From: Camelus dromedarius
Taxonomy: Eukaryota
Assembly (NCBI RefSeq): GCF_036321535.1
Contig: NC_087436.1
Coordinates: forward strand, 121,150,001 to 121,214,000
Reading direction: 5' to 3'
DNA length: 64,000 bases
This document shows positions 23,901 through 35,400 of the stretch, piece after piece (the first letter of the stretch is position 1; every line of letters starts with the position of its first letter). The position numbers and the translations under genes were made by a program. The notes below the pieces were generated by a model. That model was not told the DNA's origin. It saw only the letters and a list, made by a program, of their open reading frames with translations, and did no database searches.

Positions 23901-26900
23901 AGCCAGGAGGTGGGACCGGAGAAGGGACCCTCCCCATCACCACCCGCTGGGACCCCTGTCCCCGTTGGAATGTGCCCACCTTAGCAGAGCTGCCACTGTG
24001 TGGGAAAGGGGCCAGCACAGGCCAGTGGGACAGCTGGTGTGGCTTATAGGGCATGCGCCCCAAGGCCCCTGCAAGCTTGCACGGCCCGGGTGATGCCCAG
24101 AGTGGCTGGGTCCACAGCACCTCATCTGGCAATCCCAGCCCCTGCCATCCTGCCTGTGACGGTGACACTGAGTCGAGGACCCTGCCCTCCAGGAACTCAG
24201 CACCAGGTCTGAGAGCAGGGATGGGGGCGGGGGGACCTGAATTAACACCTCACCATCAGTGGTGGGGTCAGGTGTTGACTTTCCAGGTAGCCAAGGAGCA
24301 GTGCAGGCTGAGGGCAGGAGGCAACACCTAACCATTCTTGGGCCAGGCTCCTTGGGTCTCCAAGTCTCAGCCCCTCTGCCTAGAATGACCCAAAGGTTCT
24401 GCCAGCTCCAGGGCTCAGGGTCCCTCCTGGTGGCTTTTCTAGGCTGAATCAAGCCCTGGTGGTCCACAAGGGAAGTGGTGAGGCAGGGTCCTTGGAGCTC
24501 AGTGTGCCAGGAGCCACCCTGGCTGCCACCCGGGACCCTCTAGGTGCCTCCTCTGTGGGCCGCCCCCTCCATGGGCCAGCTGTGCATGATGCCTCTTCCC
24601 ACTAAACCTTAGCCTCAACTTGGGGAGGAAGAGCGAGGCCGCCCTGGGTCCCCAGGGGTGGGCTCAGGCCTCCCTCCTCCCAGGGGGCCTGGCCCAGAGA
24701 AGGGACCCAGACAAGAATTCCTGGGCCAGGACAGAGGTGGAGACTCCACCTCCACCAGGGGCACAACTGCACTGAAGCGTTACTGCCTTTTATGAGGACA
24801 GTCACTCATTTTCATGAAGGAGGAGTTTCCTTTCCTTTCACTAAACTTTGTTATAAGAAGAGTAAGTGGTTCTGGTCAAGAAAAGTGCAAACAAGAAAAA
24901 ACCCTGAAAGCCAAGGGCCCCTCCGTGCCCCCCACCCCCCACCCCCGCAGCCTCGGGCAACCCTCAGAGCTGCCCCTTGTGGGCACTCCTGGGGTGGAAG
25001 CAATTTTTAAAAACAAAGTCCTGGATTCTTCCTGACAAGAAGGCAGAGTGCCTCTCCTTTCTCCTCCACAGGCCCCTTCTGTGCTGCACCCAGGACCCGG
25101 GGTCTTAGCTGCGAGGCCCCCAGGTACGAGGACTTGCCCCCTCAACCCAAGTCTACCCAAGAGAGCCGGTCTTCAGGACAAGTTGCCGCGCCCCTCATAG
25201 CCAGGCCCCCCCCCCGCCGATGCGCTCCGGGTGGGGCGGCTCATCAGCTAAGGGCCAGGGAGGGGAGAGCGAGGGGTGTCAGGACTCCTGGCGGGGGGAG
25301 GGGCTGACCACCCCCAGGACCACAGCCGCCAGCACAGGGCTTGAGGGCGAGGGAGGGCTGGTGAGAGTAGGGCGTGAGACATTGGAGCTCCCTCCAGCCA
25401 AGCACCTGGAAGACGATGACCGCATGACCACAGTCCTCGCGCAGCGTGAGGACGAAGGAGGTGCTGCTAAGATCACCATCACCGGCAGTGGGTGACCGGA
25501 GACGCTGGGGACAAGGACGTTAGATGCAAGGCTCAGAGCAGACGTCCACCCAGAGGAACCACGTGTACCTTCCACTACCCCAATCCCCTCCGTCCCAGCC
25601 CCGGGGCAAGATCCTGCCTGGAGTGCCCTCCCCCTCTGCTTCCCCTCAAACCCAGCCCTTGGAGAGGAGACTCGTCTTTCCCTGGGATCCCGTGGCGCTA
25701 TGGGCTAGACAGTGTGGGAAGACCCAGCAAAGGCTTGCTGACCGCTAAGTCCACTGACAGACTCAGAGCTAAGGCACTGACGACCCACTGCAAACTCCCG
25801 CAGTGCAGGAGGCCCCCCACCCCCACAGGTGTCCTACAGGGCTGGACAGAGCTTGCCTCTCAACTAGCTCTTCCGGATACTGGCATGAAATCCACCACCG
25901 GGGGCTGCAAATCACTACTCAGTCCCACCAAGAGAGACAAAGGACACCCTGGGGCTGGTCTTCCGGTGGGGCACCTGTCTCAGAGGCCTGCACAGGCTCC
26001 GCCTCACCACCACCCCACCAAGCAACCCCCAGCCAGCAGCCATGCCTCGTTTCCAGCAGCAGCTGGCCACAGCCTCTTGGATCAGCATGGGCCTTCTCCA
26101 CACCTCCATCTCCACCCTCAGCCTGGCCAGCGCCTCCACTCCCTGCCTGACACGGCCCCCTCTGTCCCCACAGCCCCTGCTGCTCCCCTACCAGGCCTCC
26201 CTGGAGCTCCCCAGGACTAGGACCCCATGGCACCTGGCACGGAGTCTGGGCGTGAAAGACTGACCAGCTGAATGAAGGGTGCATGGAGCCCAGGCCACCC
26301 TGGAGGGGAAGCTGAGGCCAAGGCAGGAGGTGAGTGTGTCTGAGGCCCAAAGCAGGCCCTTGTATTGCCACCTCAAGGTGGCAGCTCAGCAGAAGGGATG
26401 GAGGAGGGGAGCCCCGAGGGGCACAGGCAGGGGGCCCCCACAACAGCCTCCCTGGGAAATGACATACATCCCGGGCGCCCTGGAGGACTCTCTGGCAGCC
26501 CGCACATGTGAGGCAGCGTGCACTCACACCCCCAGCGTCCCACACAGACCCCTGGGTGCCTGGGCCAGCTCCAGGGCACCTGTCTCCTGAAGCAGCTGCA
26601 GCCACGCAGCCCAGAGCCTCCCGGCTGCACCCGAACCGCTCACTGCGGCTACAGATGCCGAGCACCGGGCTCCCTGCCGCCTCCTCCCAGCTGGAGGCAC
26701 TGGCTCTGGTCAGGGAAGTGGGCTGGGGCCATCCTCTCCTCCCAGGACCCGTCCCCCGACATGAAATGGAGTTCACTTTTCTTAAGCACAGGAGCAACAC
26801 TCTGTTCCTACCTGGCCACCCAGCCTTAGCTCCATCTGGGATCCATACCGCCTGGAACACCCATCCTGACTTGGATTCAATGACACAGCTCAGTCCTTGC

Positions 26901-27473
26901 AAGCGCAGGGAGCCCCAACTTTCTACGGTGCTCCCTGCTGCGTGATGGGGGAGGGGGCCAGAACGGTCTTCTGCTCTTTTGGCCCTCCGGCCTCCACGGG
27001 CCCCTCCAAGCCCCTTCCGGCCTCAGTCTGCCCTTCTGCAAAGGGGGTCCCTGCCTGGGGATGCGGGTCCGAAATGACCGCTCCCTGGCCGATGAGGGTG
27101 CAGGAGGGTCCTACCTCCCGGCGTCCCGGGCAGGCACAGGCCGAGGCCGGAGCGCTCTCCGGTTACAGCCCTCAGCCCCGGCGCCGCCGGCTATTTCGGG
27201 CGAGCTGGCCGCGCTCCGGGCGGGCTGGGCGCAGGAAGCCACCGGCGCCCGCGCCCCGTACCCCATGCGCCGCGTCCGCGCCGCGCCCCGCGCCCTCTCA
27301 CCTGCCACAGGCGACGGCTTGCGCAGCACCAGCCACCTACTCTTCCACTGCGGGGACAGAGGGAGCGTGAGCGGCCGCCCGCGCCCCGCGCCCGCCCCGC
27401 GCCCGCCGCGCGCCCCGACCTTCTTGCCGTCCCGCAGCTTGACCTGGCCCTCCACCAGCGCCGCCTCGGTCAT
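2212..27473 (-). CDS. DOK7: Docking protein 7, complete gene with 7 coding exons, 1512 nt / 503 aa (PH-PTB adaptor that activates MuSK)
   Basis: Exons 27420-27473, 27302-27347, 17854-18084, 15820-16020, 5445-5564, 3595-3714, 2212-2951 are all GT-AG with consistent phase. Protein runs MTEAALVEGQVKLRDGKKWKSRWLVLRKPSPVADCLLML...YQVP...YDTP...CPVCGGLKVKPPP*. Confidence 0.97.
3595..3714 (-). CDS. DOK7: DOK7 exon 6 (DLSPGGPATVEERVAQEALETLQLEKRLSLLSHSGRPGSG)
   Basis: Acceptor CCGCAG|AC; donor G|GTGGGC; 120 nt. Confidence 0.93.
5445..5564 (-). CDS. DOK7: DOK7 exon 5 (WAGVFFLSSAEGERISFLFDCIVRG...PVLP)
   Basis: Acceptor CTGCAG|GG; donor G|GTTCGT; 120 nt. Confidence 0.93.
7400..7642 (+). mobile_element. 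MLT1-type (MaLR) LTR, 3' fragment
   Basis: Ends in aagttttggggtgtctgttacacagcaataaataaca, a typical MLT1 3' terminus; 5' boundary uncertain. Confidence 0.55.
8150..8886 (+). mobile_element. Old LINE-1 3' fragment (L1MB-like)
   Basis: Typical L1 3' motifs (cacacccactagga, gcagcattactcacaatagc, ggataaacaaaatgtgg, cagtggaatat, attccacctatacgagg) and an A-rich tail; subfamily from memory. Confidence 0.85.
10015..10120. mobile_element. MIR SINE fragment
   Basis: Core aggaaactgaggctcagacaagctaag. Confidence 0.55.
10440..10560. mobile_element. MIR SINE fragment
   Basis: Core tctgtgcctcagtctccccacctgtaaaatgggg. Confidence 0.65.
12763..13181 (+). mobile_element. MLT1 (MaLR) solo LTR
   Basis: TG...CA ends; ttatttggggaaagggtctttgtagatgtaat and tttgtggtaattcgctacggcagcc motifs. 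Confidence 0.8.
15820..16020 (-). CDS. DOK7: DOK7 exon 4 (PTB domain, VHRFHVTVAPGTKLESG...GTRCGY)
   Basis: Acceptor CCCCAG|TA; donor T|GTAAGT; 201 nt. Confidence 0.95.
17075..17420. mobile_element. Fossil hAT DNA transposon (Tip100/Arthur1-like) with degenerate inverted arms
   Basis: AT-rich island in which 17145-17218 is a degenerate reverse complement of 17284-17360; family name from memory. Confidence 0.5.
17854..18084 (-). CDS. DOK7: DOK7 exon 3 (PH domain, DCLLMLAYRDKSER...RYALGE)
   Basis: Acceptor CTACAG|AT; donor G|GTGAGT; 231 nt. Confidence 0.95.
19981..20163 (+). mobile_element. MER58-like hAT-Charlie fossil
   Basis: aaacctttctgtaaagag...gctgtgttctaataaaactttattt...ggctggatttgg motifs. 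Confidence 0.7.
20440..20780 (+). mobile_element. MLT1 (MaLR) LTR, degenerate
   Basis: gatttggagaaagggtctttgcagg...acctccagcccccaggactgtgag...ggtggtaatctgtcaccacagc. Confidence 0.7.
21668..21780. repeat. Degenerate (CA)n-rich tract
   Basis: Interrupted CA repeats. Confidence 0.7.
27302..27347 (-). CDS. DOK7: DOK7 exon 2 (WKSRWLVLRKPSPVA)
   Basis: Acceptor CCGCAG|TGG; donor G|GTGAG; 46 nt. Confidence 0.95.
27420..27473 (-). CDS. DOK7: DOK7 coding exon 1 (MTEAALVEGQVKLRDGKK)
   Basis: ATG at 27473; donor AAG|GTCGGG; 54 nt. Confidence 0.95.
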
Positions 27474-29276
27474 CTTCTGTCATGGTGCCCGCGCGCCCGC
27501 CGCGCCTCTCCCCGCCGCCCCGCGGCCGCCCGGCCTAGGGTCACTTTCAAAATAGCTCCGGGAGGGCCTTGGGCTGGGCCGCGGGGCGGGCGCGGCGGCG
27601 CGCGGGCGGGGCCGAGGTGCGCGCCCGCCCGTCCCTCCCCGCCCGGCGCCCCGCCCCGGCGGCGGGGCGCGGCGGCACCTGGGGCCACCTGAGCCTCCCC
27701 ACCGCCCACCCCACCCCGCCACGAGCGAAGCACAGCCTGGGGCGCCGGCACTGCTCGTCCCAGTGGCCGGGGGGGGGGGGGGGGCAGGTGCTTCCCTCCC
27801 AAACGCAAAGGAAACAACCGACAGAAAGAGGGCATCCGTGTGGGGGCGCTTGCCAACTTCAAAGTGTGTCTGCAGCCAAGTTGGTTTCACCCTCTGGCAC
27901 CTGTCCCTCCCACCACCCCTGAGCTGTCTGTCAGACACCACTGACAACAGACTGACGGCGAGCTGACCCTGGCCGGACCCTGCCGACCCCCAGCCCCTCC
28001 CCCCACCTCCTCTCCCCCCAGACACCCCCCTCCCCAGGCAGGGTGCTGGAGGGGGGTCCACTCATGTCCCTTGGAAGCAGGGACCCCAAGTGCAGGTTCA
28101 TGCTGGGTGGAGAATGGGACCCAGGACCCCCGCACACCATGGTGCCTGCGTCTCCGTGTCTGATGCCCCTCCCGCCAGGGCTGAGAGCTAGCTGACCCTC
28201 CAGGTAAGGATGGCTGCTCTGTAAAGGTCCCCCCGGAGCCCCCGGAGCAGGGCTGGAGTGGGGGCGCTGAGCTTCTGGGCCTCCCCCGCTCCTCCTTGTA
28301 GCTCCAGCCCAGCTGCCTGGATTCTTTTGGAGCCCAGATGGTTTGGGGGACCCAGCAGGTACACATCTCGGACTTCAGCCGCCGTCTCTAAGACAGCTTC
28401 CAACACTCACTCCTTCAGGGAGCACAACAAGATGAGGAAAGAGGGAGAAGTGACGCACCCCACTTGAGAGCCATCCTCACGGGGCTGACACTGTGGCTGG
28501 GAGGAGAGGGGAGGGCTAAGCGGGGTCCTGTTCCCCAAAAACCCTGGTCGGGCATGTGTGTGTCTCCATCTGGTCACGATCTTGCTTCTCACAGAGAAGG
28601 AACCAACGCTCAGAGCTGTGGGAACCTCCAGAACTGACCCACAGCTGCTGCACCCAGTGCCGGGCAAGGAGCCGTGGGGGCAGGCGGAGCCACCATCCTG
28701 GGCACCTCCTCCCCACTGTCCCTGGGGATCTGAGAGGACAGGTCCCTGGTGGGCAGCAAGCTTGGTTCTGACGCCCTGGGGGTCTTGCCAGGGCCGAATG
28801 CACAGCAGGATCACGCTGGGCCCCCGGGAGCAGCTCTGTGTCCCCTCCTCTACCCCCCTCCCCCGGCGTCACCTGCGCCATCACCAGCCGCCTTCCTCTG
28901 AGCAGTTGCCCAGCCACAGAGCCCCATTCATGTTCCCCACACATCTCAGGCCCCCAGGGGCTGGCCCAGGACAGCCGGCGTGGAGCCGAGTGGCGGCTGG
29001 GGGCTGTGGCCACCAACACATCTGCCGCCCCGGGTGCCTGGCACTTGGTCAGCCCTGCAGGGAGAGGCAGTGCCCTGCTGCATTCCCGAGTGCTGGCCCT
29101 ACCCCCGGCTCCTGCCACGCCCGGCAGCTGCACCTGCTCCCGCACCAGCCCCGGAAAATGCGGGCTGCTGCAGGATGGACAGCACCCCTCCCCCGCCCCT
29201 CAGAGGCAGGGCGATCTTCCTGCCCAGCTCCCACTCCCAGCCCCTGGGTGGGCTCCAGGCCTCTCTACTAAGTTCC

Positions 29277-29642
29277 TGCTGTCCACCAAATATTTGTTTA
29301 TCCACCCCCTCCCCAAAGTCATGTGGAAGCCCAACCCCCAGTGGGTTAGTATCATGAGGTGGGGCCTTTGGGAGGTGATCAGGTCATGAGAGCAGTGTTC
29401 CCATGACTGGATTAGTGTCCTTGTAAGAAGAGACATGAGGGATGTGCTCTCCCCACCACTGAGGATACAGCAAGAAGGCAGTCGTCTGCACACCTGGAAG
29501 AGAGCTCTCACCAGGCCCCGACCGTGCTGGCGCCCTGATCTCTGACCTCCAGCCTCCAGAGCTGTGAGAAGCAAATCTCATTGTTGTTTCAGTCTGGCAG
29601 TCTATGGTCTTTTTGTTACAGCAGCCAGAGCCTGCTCAGACA
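29277..29642 (+). mobile_element. MLT1A/MST-type MaLR solo LTR
   Basis: TG...CA ends; gaggtggggcctttgggaggtgatcaggtcatgag and ccagcctccagagctgtgaga motifs; near-matching 5-bp target duplication gttcc/gtttc. Confidence 0.85.
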
Positions 29643-29654
29643 GTTTCCCCGGCT

Positions 29655-30000
29655 GCTGTAGCCCGAGTTACTGGTTGCAAGTAGCAGAAACCGACTCTGG
29701 TCACTGAAGCGGGAAAGAATTTGCTAGGAGAAGGTCAGGCCTCTGGAAGAACCCAGGGGAGGTTGGAGATCCAGTGGGAGCTGCAGAGGCAGGGCTGCGG
29801 GGAAGCACAGCCTCATCGCTGAGACTGGACGCTGCCCAGCCCTGCACCACTGCGCAGCTGGTCTCCGTGGGCGTGGGGCGGCTGCCTACCTCCAAGAAGC
29901 CCATGACCACGGGTCAGAGCTGTACCACTGGCCGATACACAGCCACAGGCGCTGCTGCTGGGCATCAGGGCCAGGGACGCTGCCACCACTAGCAGACCCC
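29655..30000 (-). mobile_element. Old MLT1K/L-like LTR fragment
   Basis: ggttgcaagtagcagaaaccgactctgg...aaagaatttgct matches the reversed MLT1 3' end; right boundary uncertain. Confidence 0.45.
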
Positions 30001-31574
30001 GTGGCCACAGAGCGCTGTCACCCCATCACTGGCCCTGCGGCCACAGGACCTGCCACCATACACTGCCCCTGCCCAAGTGAACTTGGACTGTCACACGACT
30101 TCTCTAGCCTCAGTTTCCTTTTCCAGCCGATGCTGTGATGATCAGGTGAGCAGATGTGTGTGAGGGCAGTTTGATACGTTTTGGATGAGATAACACAAGG
30201 CGGCTTATGACAATAACTGTGAAAATGGAGACAAATAAATTCATAAAAGTGTAACTTCTGGGCCTGGGGAGGGCAGTGTGGGAGGAATCTTAAGACGCAA
30301 ATAGAAGGCAGCTGGCTGCCACTGATTCAGCACGGCTCGCTCCAGGAATGCCAGGTTGGCTCGACGTCAGACAGTCTATAACCGCAGTCACCTCTAACAG
30401 ATCCACACTCAACACCCACAGGGCAGGGGTCCGGGAGGGCTCACACCGGGCAAAGGCTGCGGCGGGGCTGAAGCAGCGAGGCTCCTGGAGGCCAAGAACA
30501 GGCGCTCAGAGCCCGGATTCCTGAGCGGGAGCTGTCCCGCCCGCCATCCTCCCGTGGCGTGGGCACCAGCCTCTGTCGCCCTGGCTGCGGTCAACGTGGG
30601 GTGAGCCCCAGTCTGCTTCAGGGTTCTGAGCCCCACCTACGGCACTTGGGGCAACGGGCACACACACTGTTGCCCTCCCAGCACCCTGCTCTCTTCCTCT
30701 GGCTTTGCTGGGGGCACCGCACGTCCCTGGTGATTTGTCTGATTCTGTCACAGCAATCCTGTCCCCCCCTCCCCAGCCTCCTCTGCTGTGAGGTGTGGCC
30801 CTGTGACCCAACGCAGGCCAACGAGAGCTACGTGCCAATCTGCTGGAGAAGAGGGCTCTACGGAGACACTTCCTCTCCTGACAAAGGGACGGGTGTCAAC
30901 GGCAAACCAATGTCAGCACGTGGCTGAGCGTGGGACTCCCCGCTACGTGATGGAAACAAAGCTCTCCCGCCCCAGCCACATCAGGAAGGCTCCGAACACA
31001 GCCCTGAGACCGGGCCGAGAGCTGCGTGACGGTGGAGAGTGATGCGGGGAAGGTGCATCCAAGTGGCTGAGTGAAGAGGAGGAGCAGTGTGGCTGAGAAG
31101 ACTCTCAGCAGCAGTGGGAGCCGCGTGAGCAAGGGCCTGGTCAGCTTCAGCAACACCAGGAGACCAGAGCGGCCGGAGCATAGTCCGGGAACAGGGTGGG
31201 CAGAAGAGGGGCTGCAAGCAGGCGGAGTCAGACCGAACAGAGATGAGGGGAGGCTCCAAGGTCGGGGGTGGGGGGAAGGAACATGGAGAAACCCTGGCAT
31301 GTCACCCAGGAGAGGTGGCAAGACCTGGTCCAGGTGGGGGCTGTGGAGATACAGGAGAGAAGGAGGCCTGTGGGTCCAGGAGCAGGAGAGGTGAGTGCAG
31401 ACTGAGGAGAAGGGCCCCTGCCCTTGGGGCTGCTCTGGGCAGAGGGCCCATCCTGCAGTGGGAAGGGTGGCACTGGGACACACTGAATGCCACCTTCTTC
31501 TTGCCTGTCCCAGAGACCAGAGCTCCCAGCTCCCAAGGCACCCAGTTCTGGGCGCCCCTCTGCCCTGCCTCTTT

Positions 31575-31880
31575 TCCTGACTGCAAATGTCATCACATCT
31601 CCACCCTGCTGTCCCATCAGGGACCCTTAGGGCACCCCCAGCACCTCACTGCAGCCCATCACCCCCCACCATCCCACCCTCTTTGGCCTCAGCCACACTT
31701 CTCTATTTTGAGCAAATAAGCCACCACCAGCCCCTGCCTCAGGACCTTTGCATGTGCTGCTCCTGCTGCCTTGAGATTGTGGACCCTCTGGGCACTTCAG
31801 ATTCCTTCCCCACAAGGTCCTGTCTGGTGCAACCCACCACCCTCCATTCCCCTGGTCTCCTTCAGTTTCACCTCCTAGAA
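31575..31880. mobile_element. L2 LINE fragment
   Basis: tgcaaatgtcatcacatc...cctgcctcaggacctttgcatgtgctgctcc, typical L2 3' motifs. Confidence 0.55.
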
Positions 31881-32242
31881 AACATGGCTGAGGCCAGGCT
31901 GCCTTCTTGAAGCAAAATGCTGGCCAGGGGTGTTTCCAAGAAACCTGTCTTAAGTTTTAACATCCCCTGCCCTGGGACACCCCAGTGTGCCTGGACCTGA
32001 GCCCCACTTGCCTGGGGGAGGGCCTGAGAGGGGTCGGGCTGGAGACAGTTCCTACTCTGGAGAGAGTCCAGATTGGAGCCCCTGCCCTAACTCCCCAGGT
32101 CGGGTGGCAGGCTCCCTTCCCCACAGAGGGAGGGCAGCTGGGGTGCTGGCTCCGGGTCCCCAGCCCTGAGGCCACGTCATCTACAAAGTTGGGCTGAGCT
32201 GGGGGCAGCGGGACAGGCAGTGTGGGGGGTCTTGGAAACAGC

Positions 32243-32248
32243 TTTATT
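32243..32248 (-). terminator. HGFAC: HGFAC polyadenylation signal AATAAA
   Basis: tttatt about 50 nt past the stop codon. Confidence 0.85.
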
Positions 32249-32297
32249 GCCAGTGAGGAGGGAACGGCATGGAGGCAGGATGCTCCCAGGGGGGGTC

Positions 32298-32480
32298 TCA
32301 GGAGGGATTCACAGGCCGCTTAGGGGGCCAAATCCGGTCATTGATCCAGTGCACGTAGTTGGCCACGCGGGTGTAGACGCCCGGTTTGTTGAGCCGCCCG
32401 CAGCCATCACCCCAGCTGATGACACCATACAGGTAGGACACGCCATTCTTCTCACAGGCCAGGGGCCCGCCTGAGTCCCC
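32298..32480 (-). CDS. HGFAC: HGFAC exon 14, coding part (catalytic Ser, stop)
   Basis: [13 protein letters not shown]...[29 protein letters not shown]; 183 nt. Confidence 0.95.
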   Translation of the reverse strand, partial: GDSGGPLACEKNGVSYLYGVISWGDGCGRLNKPGVYTRVANYVHWINDRIWPPKRPVNPS

Positions 32481-35400
32481 CTGCACGGTGGCTAGTCAGA
32501 GCCGGGCCAGCTCCTCAACACTCCCGAATAGTCCCTGCCCCCTCGCCCCAGCCTCCCTCACCCCGACCCCGAAAATGCCCCCAGAGGAGTCAAGGGCGCA
32601 GAAGAGTCAGACGCTCCCCTGTGACAGACTCCCTGGCAGCTGACAAGGTGGCTTCCCGACAGCTTGGGGTACAGATGACACAGGTATTCCAAGGAAGGGG
32701 CCTGCCCCACCTTCCCCCAGCCTCATAGACAGGAAGTCCTCCCATTCCCAGGATGCTGTGACAGCATCTGACCAGTCATTCCCATTCCTAAAGTCCTGCG
32801 GTGGTTCCCTCCTGCTTCCATGACCAGCAACGTCTTCCTCAGTCTGGCTCCCCTCACCACCCAGCAGCATGCACCCCACAGAGACCAGGTGGCCCTGGGT
32901 TCCAGCACAGGCTACTCTCCACTTGAAATGCTCTCCTCAGCCCCTGGAAAACTGTTCACCCCTCAGGACACGTGCAAATGCCTCCTCCTCCTCTGTGAAG
33001 CCATCCTTGACTTCCCCCCAAGGGCACTTGCTGTACCACGTGGTTCAAGGGGTGGGCTGTACCCTACTCCTTGCCACTTCTGGGCTGTATGACCTGGGAA
33101 GAGTGAGCAGACCCCTCTGGGCCTGGCCTCAGTTTCCCCACCTATAAAATGGGGAGTAAAGCAGCTTCTCTCTCTCAGCATTGACATGCAGCCCCTGGAG
33201 GAGTGCTTGATAAATGAGCTACTGGGATCAGCTGATCGACTGAGAGCACTTGGGAGAACCCTGGGAGAAAAGAGATTTGGCCTTGACGTCGCGTGGCTGG
33301 GCAGCTGGGACCTGCCTGGTGTTCGTGACCTGGCCCTCCCTGGCCTCACTCCCAGTCCTGTGAGCAAGGCCTCCAGCAGTGACCAAGTGGCCTCCCGCAG
33401 CAGTGAGCACCCATTCTGGGGGGATGGCCACCAACTGGAAGGTTGGCTTTCTGCCCTGACTCCGGGCTGGCCCTACAGGTCCTGTCCCTCTGGGCTCTGA
33501 GCAACTCAGGGGCAGGCTGTCCCAGCTCACCTGGCAGGCATCCGACCTGCAGTCGAAGTATCCAGCGCACAGCATGTTGGGGCTGATGTCTGCCCCATAT
33601 ACCTCAGGGCTGCTGCACTTGTGGTCAGCGACCAAGGGGACCAGTGCCTCCCGCAGCGAGCTGGAGTAGCCGCTCACGTCTGCTGACACGGTGCTCTCAG
33701 GCTGGGTGAGGCTCACGGGTGCTGGGCCTGCTCCCCTGGGCGTGACGACAGCCCCCTGCCCCAGACCCACTCACTCTCATCCTGGTGGCCCCAGCCTGCA
33801 ATCTGGCACTTGTGTCCAGCCGGGAAGGAGCTGCCGGGCTCAGGGAGGCAGATGGGCTGGACGAACTGGGAGCGGACAGCACAGCGTTCCCCCTTCTTCT
33901 CCAGCCGGATCAGGACTAGGCGGGGGAGAGACCAGAGGTCAGCCTGTGTCATGGGGGCCCAGGAGGACAGAGGGTGGCCATCGAGTCACATGGGGGTGCA
34001 GCCTTGCTGAGCAGAGGGGCTGTGGCCTAGGAGACCCAGGAGGGGACCAGAGGACCAGCCAAGGGCTCAGCAAGGCTGGCGGGCCAGGGCTTCCCCTGGC
34101 CAGGCCAAGATCGCTCTGTCACATGGGGCACCCTTGCTGTCCAAACCCGTGCTGTCCTCCTCCCTGCCTTCCTCCCTCCTCCCCTGCACCCTTCCCTCCA
34201 CCCTCCTCCCTCTCCTCCCTGCTCTGTCTCTTCTTCCCCTCCCTCTCCCTCTATCAGGCCCCTTTAGGGTCTGAGGACTCTTCTGGGCCTGCCTGGTGCC
34301 CACTCCCAGCCTCTTTCGTGGCTCCGCCCCAGTGTGCACAGAGCACACATCCGCACCCTGCTGCACCGCAACGCGTTCCGAGTCTCACCAAGGTCATGGT
34401 CACTGGGGTTGAACACTGAGTACAGGGGGTATGGGATGTACTTCTCTATGCCAAACGTCTGGGTCACGTCAGTCGTGTGGTTGAAGAAGTGTTGTCCCAG
34501 GACCACGGAGATGCTGTCCCTGGGGGGGCTGTGCAGGGGCGTTGGTGGCTGCATGGCCCGGCCATCCCCTCCGGCCCCTGAGGTCAGCTCGCCCCCTACC
34601 CATGCTGGCAGAGCATCCAGGAGACAACCCCAGGTGGGAGATGCCGTGCAGGACCCTCCCTCTCAGCCCCAGCCCCAGGAGAGACCTGAGCAGGGGTCGG
34701 GGGATGGGCCGGAGTGTGATGGGGAGCAGTGGGCTAGGGCCACACCCTTAATCCGGGGCAGCACCACCTCCAACACAACAAGTGAATTAATAACCTGGGG
34801 CCCTCATGCAGGTCCAGGAGCACACCCTCCTGTGAAGTCGCCTGGGTGTCCAGGAGCCTGGGCCCTTCCCTCACCCTCCACCTGACCATGAAGGCCCTGG
34901 TCCATCCACTTCCACCAGCCCTGCTTGACCCAGACCTGGGACCAGTATGCTGGGGTCCGGCCCAAAGGGAGTGGGTACTCCAACCCAGCTTGGCCTCTCC
35001 CCAGCCCCTCCCTGGAAGTGGGGAGAGGATGCCTGCTCCCCTCCTCCAGCCTCTTAACCACCCCCCTCTCATTCCACACTGTGGAGGTCTTTGTAGGTCC
35101 CATTTCACGGCCGAGTGGGAGCGCGCTGCAGGTCACACAATGGTCAGCACGGGGCAGCACTTGTGATGGCTGCCACCCCCTCCCCCGCCCCCAAGCTGTA
35201 GTCTCTGGGGTGATTGATGGGGCTCACTATCGGGCTCCTCCGTCCTTCCGGAGCCCTGATCCCTGGGATGCCACTGTCAGGCCCATCCCCTCCCACCGAA
35301 GCCCCCACCCCAACTCCGGGGAGCCCTCCCCCGGCAGAGCCCTGCTCCCATCACTGCGGTAGGAGCGAGGGATGGGCTGGCCTGTCCTGCTCTGAGCCCG

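Larger units (their letters stand above)
27060..27850. promoter_or_regulatory. DOK7: CpG island / GC-box promoter of DOK7
   Basis: Very high CpG density and several GGGCGG boxes over exons 1-2 and upstream; E-boxes near 27676, 27687 and 27785; boundaries approximate. Confidence 0.85.
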
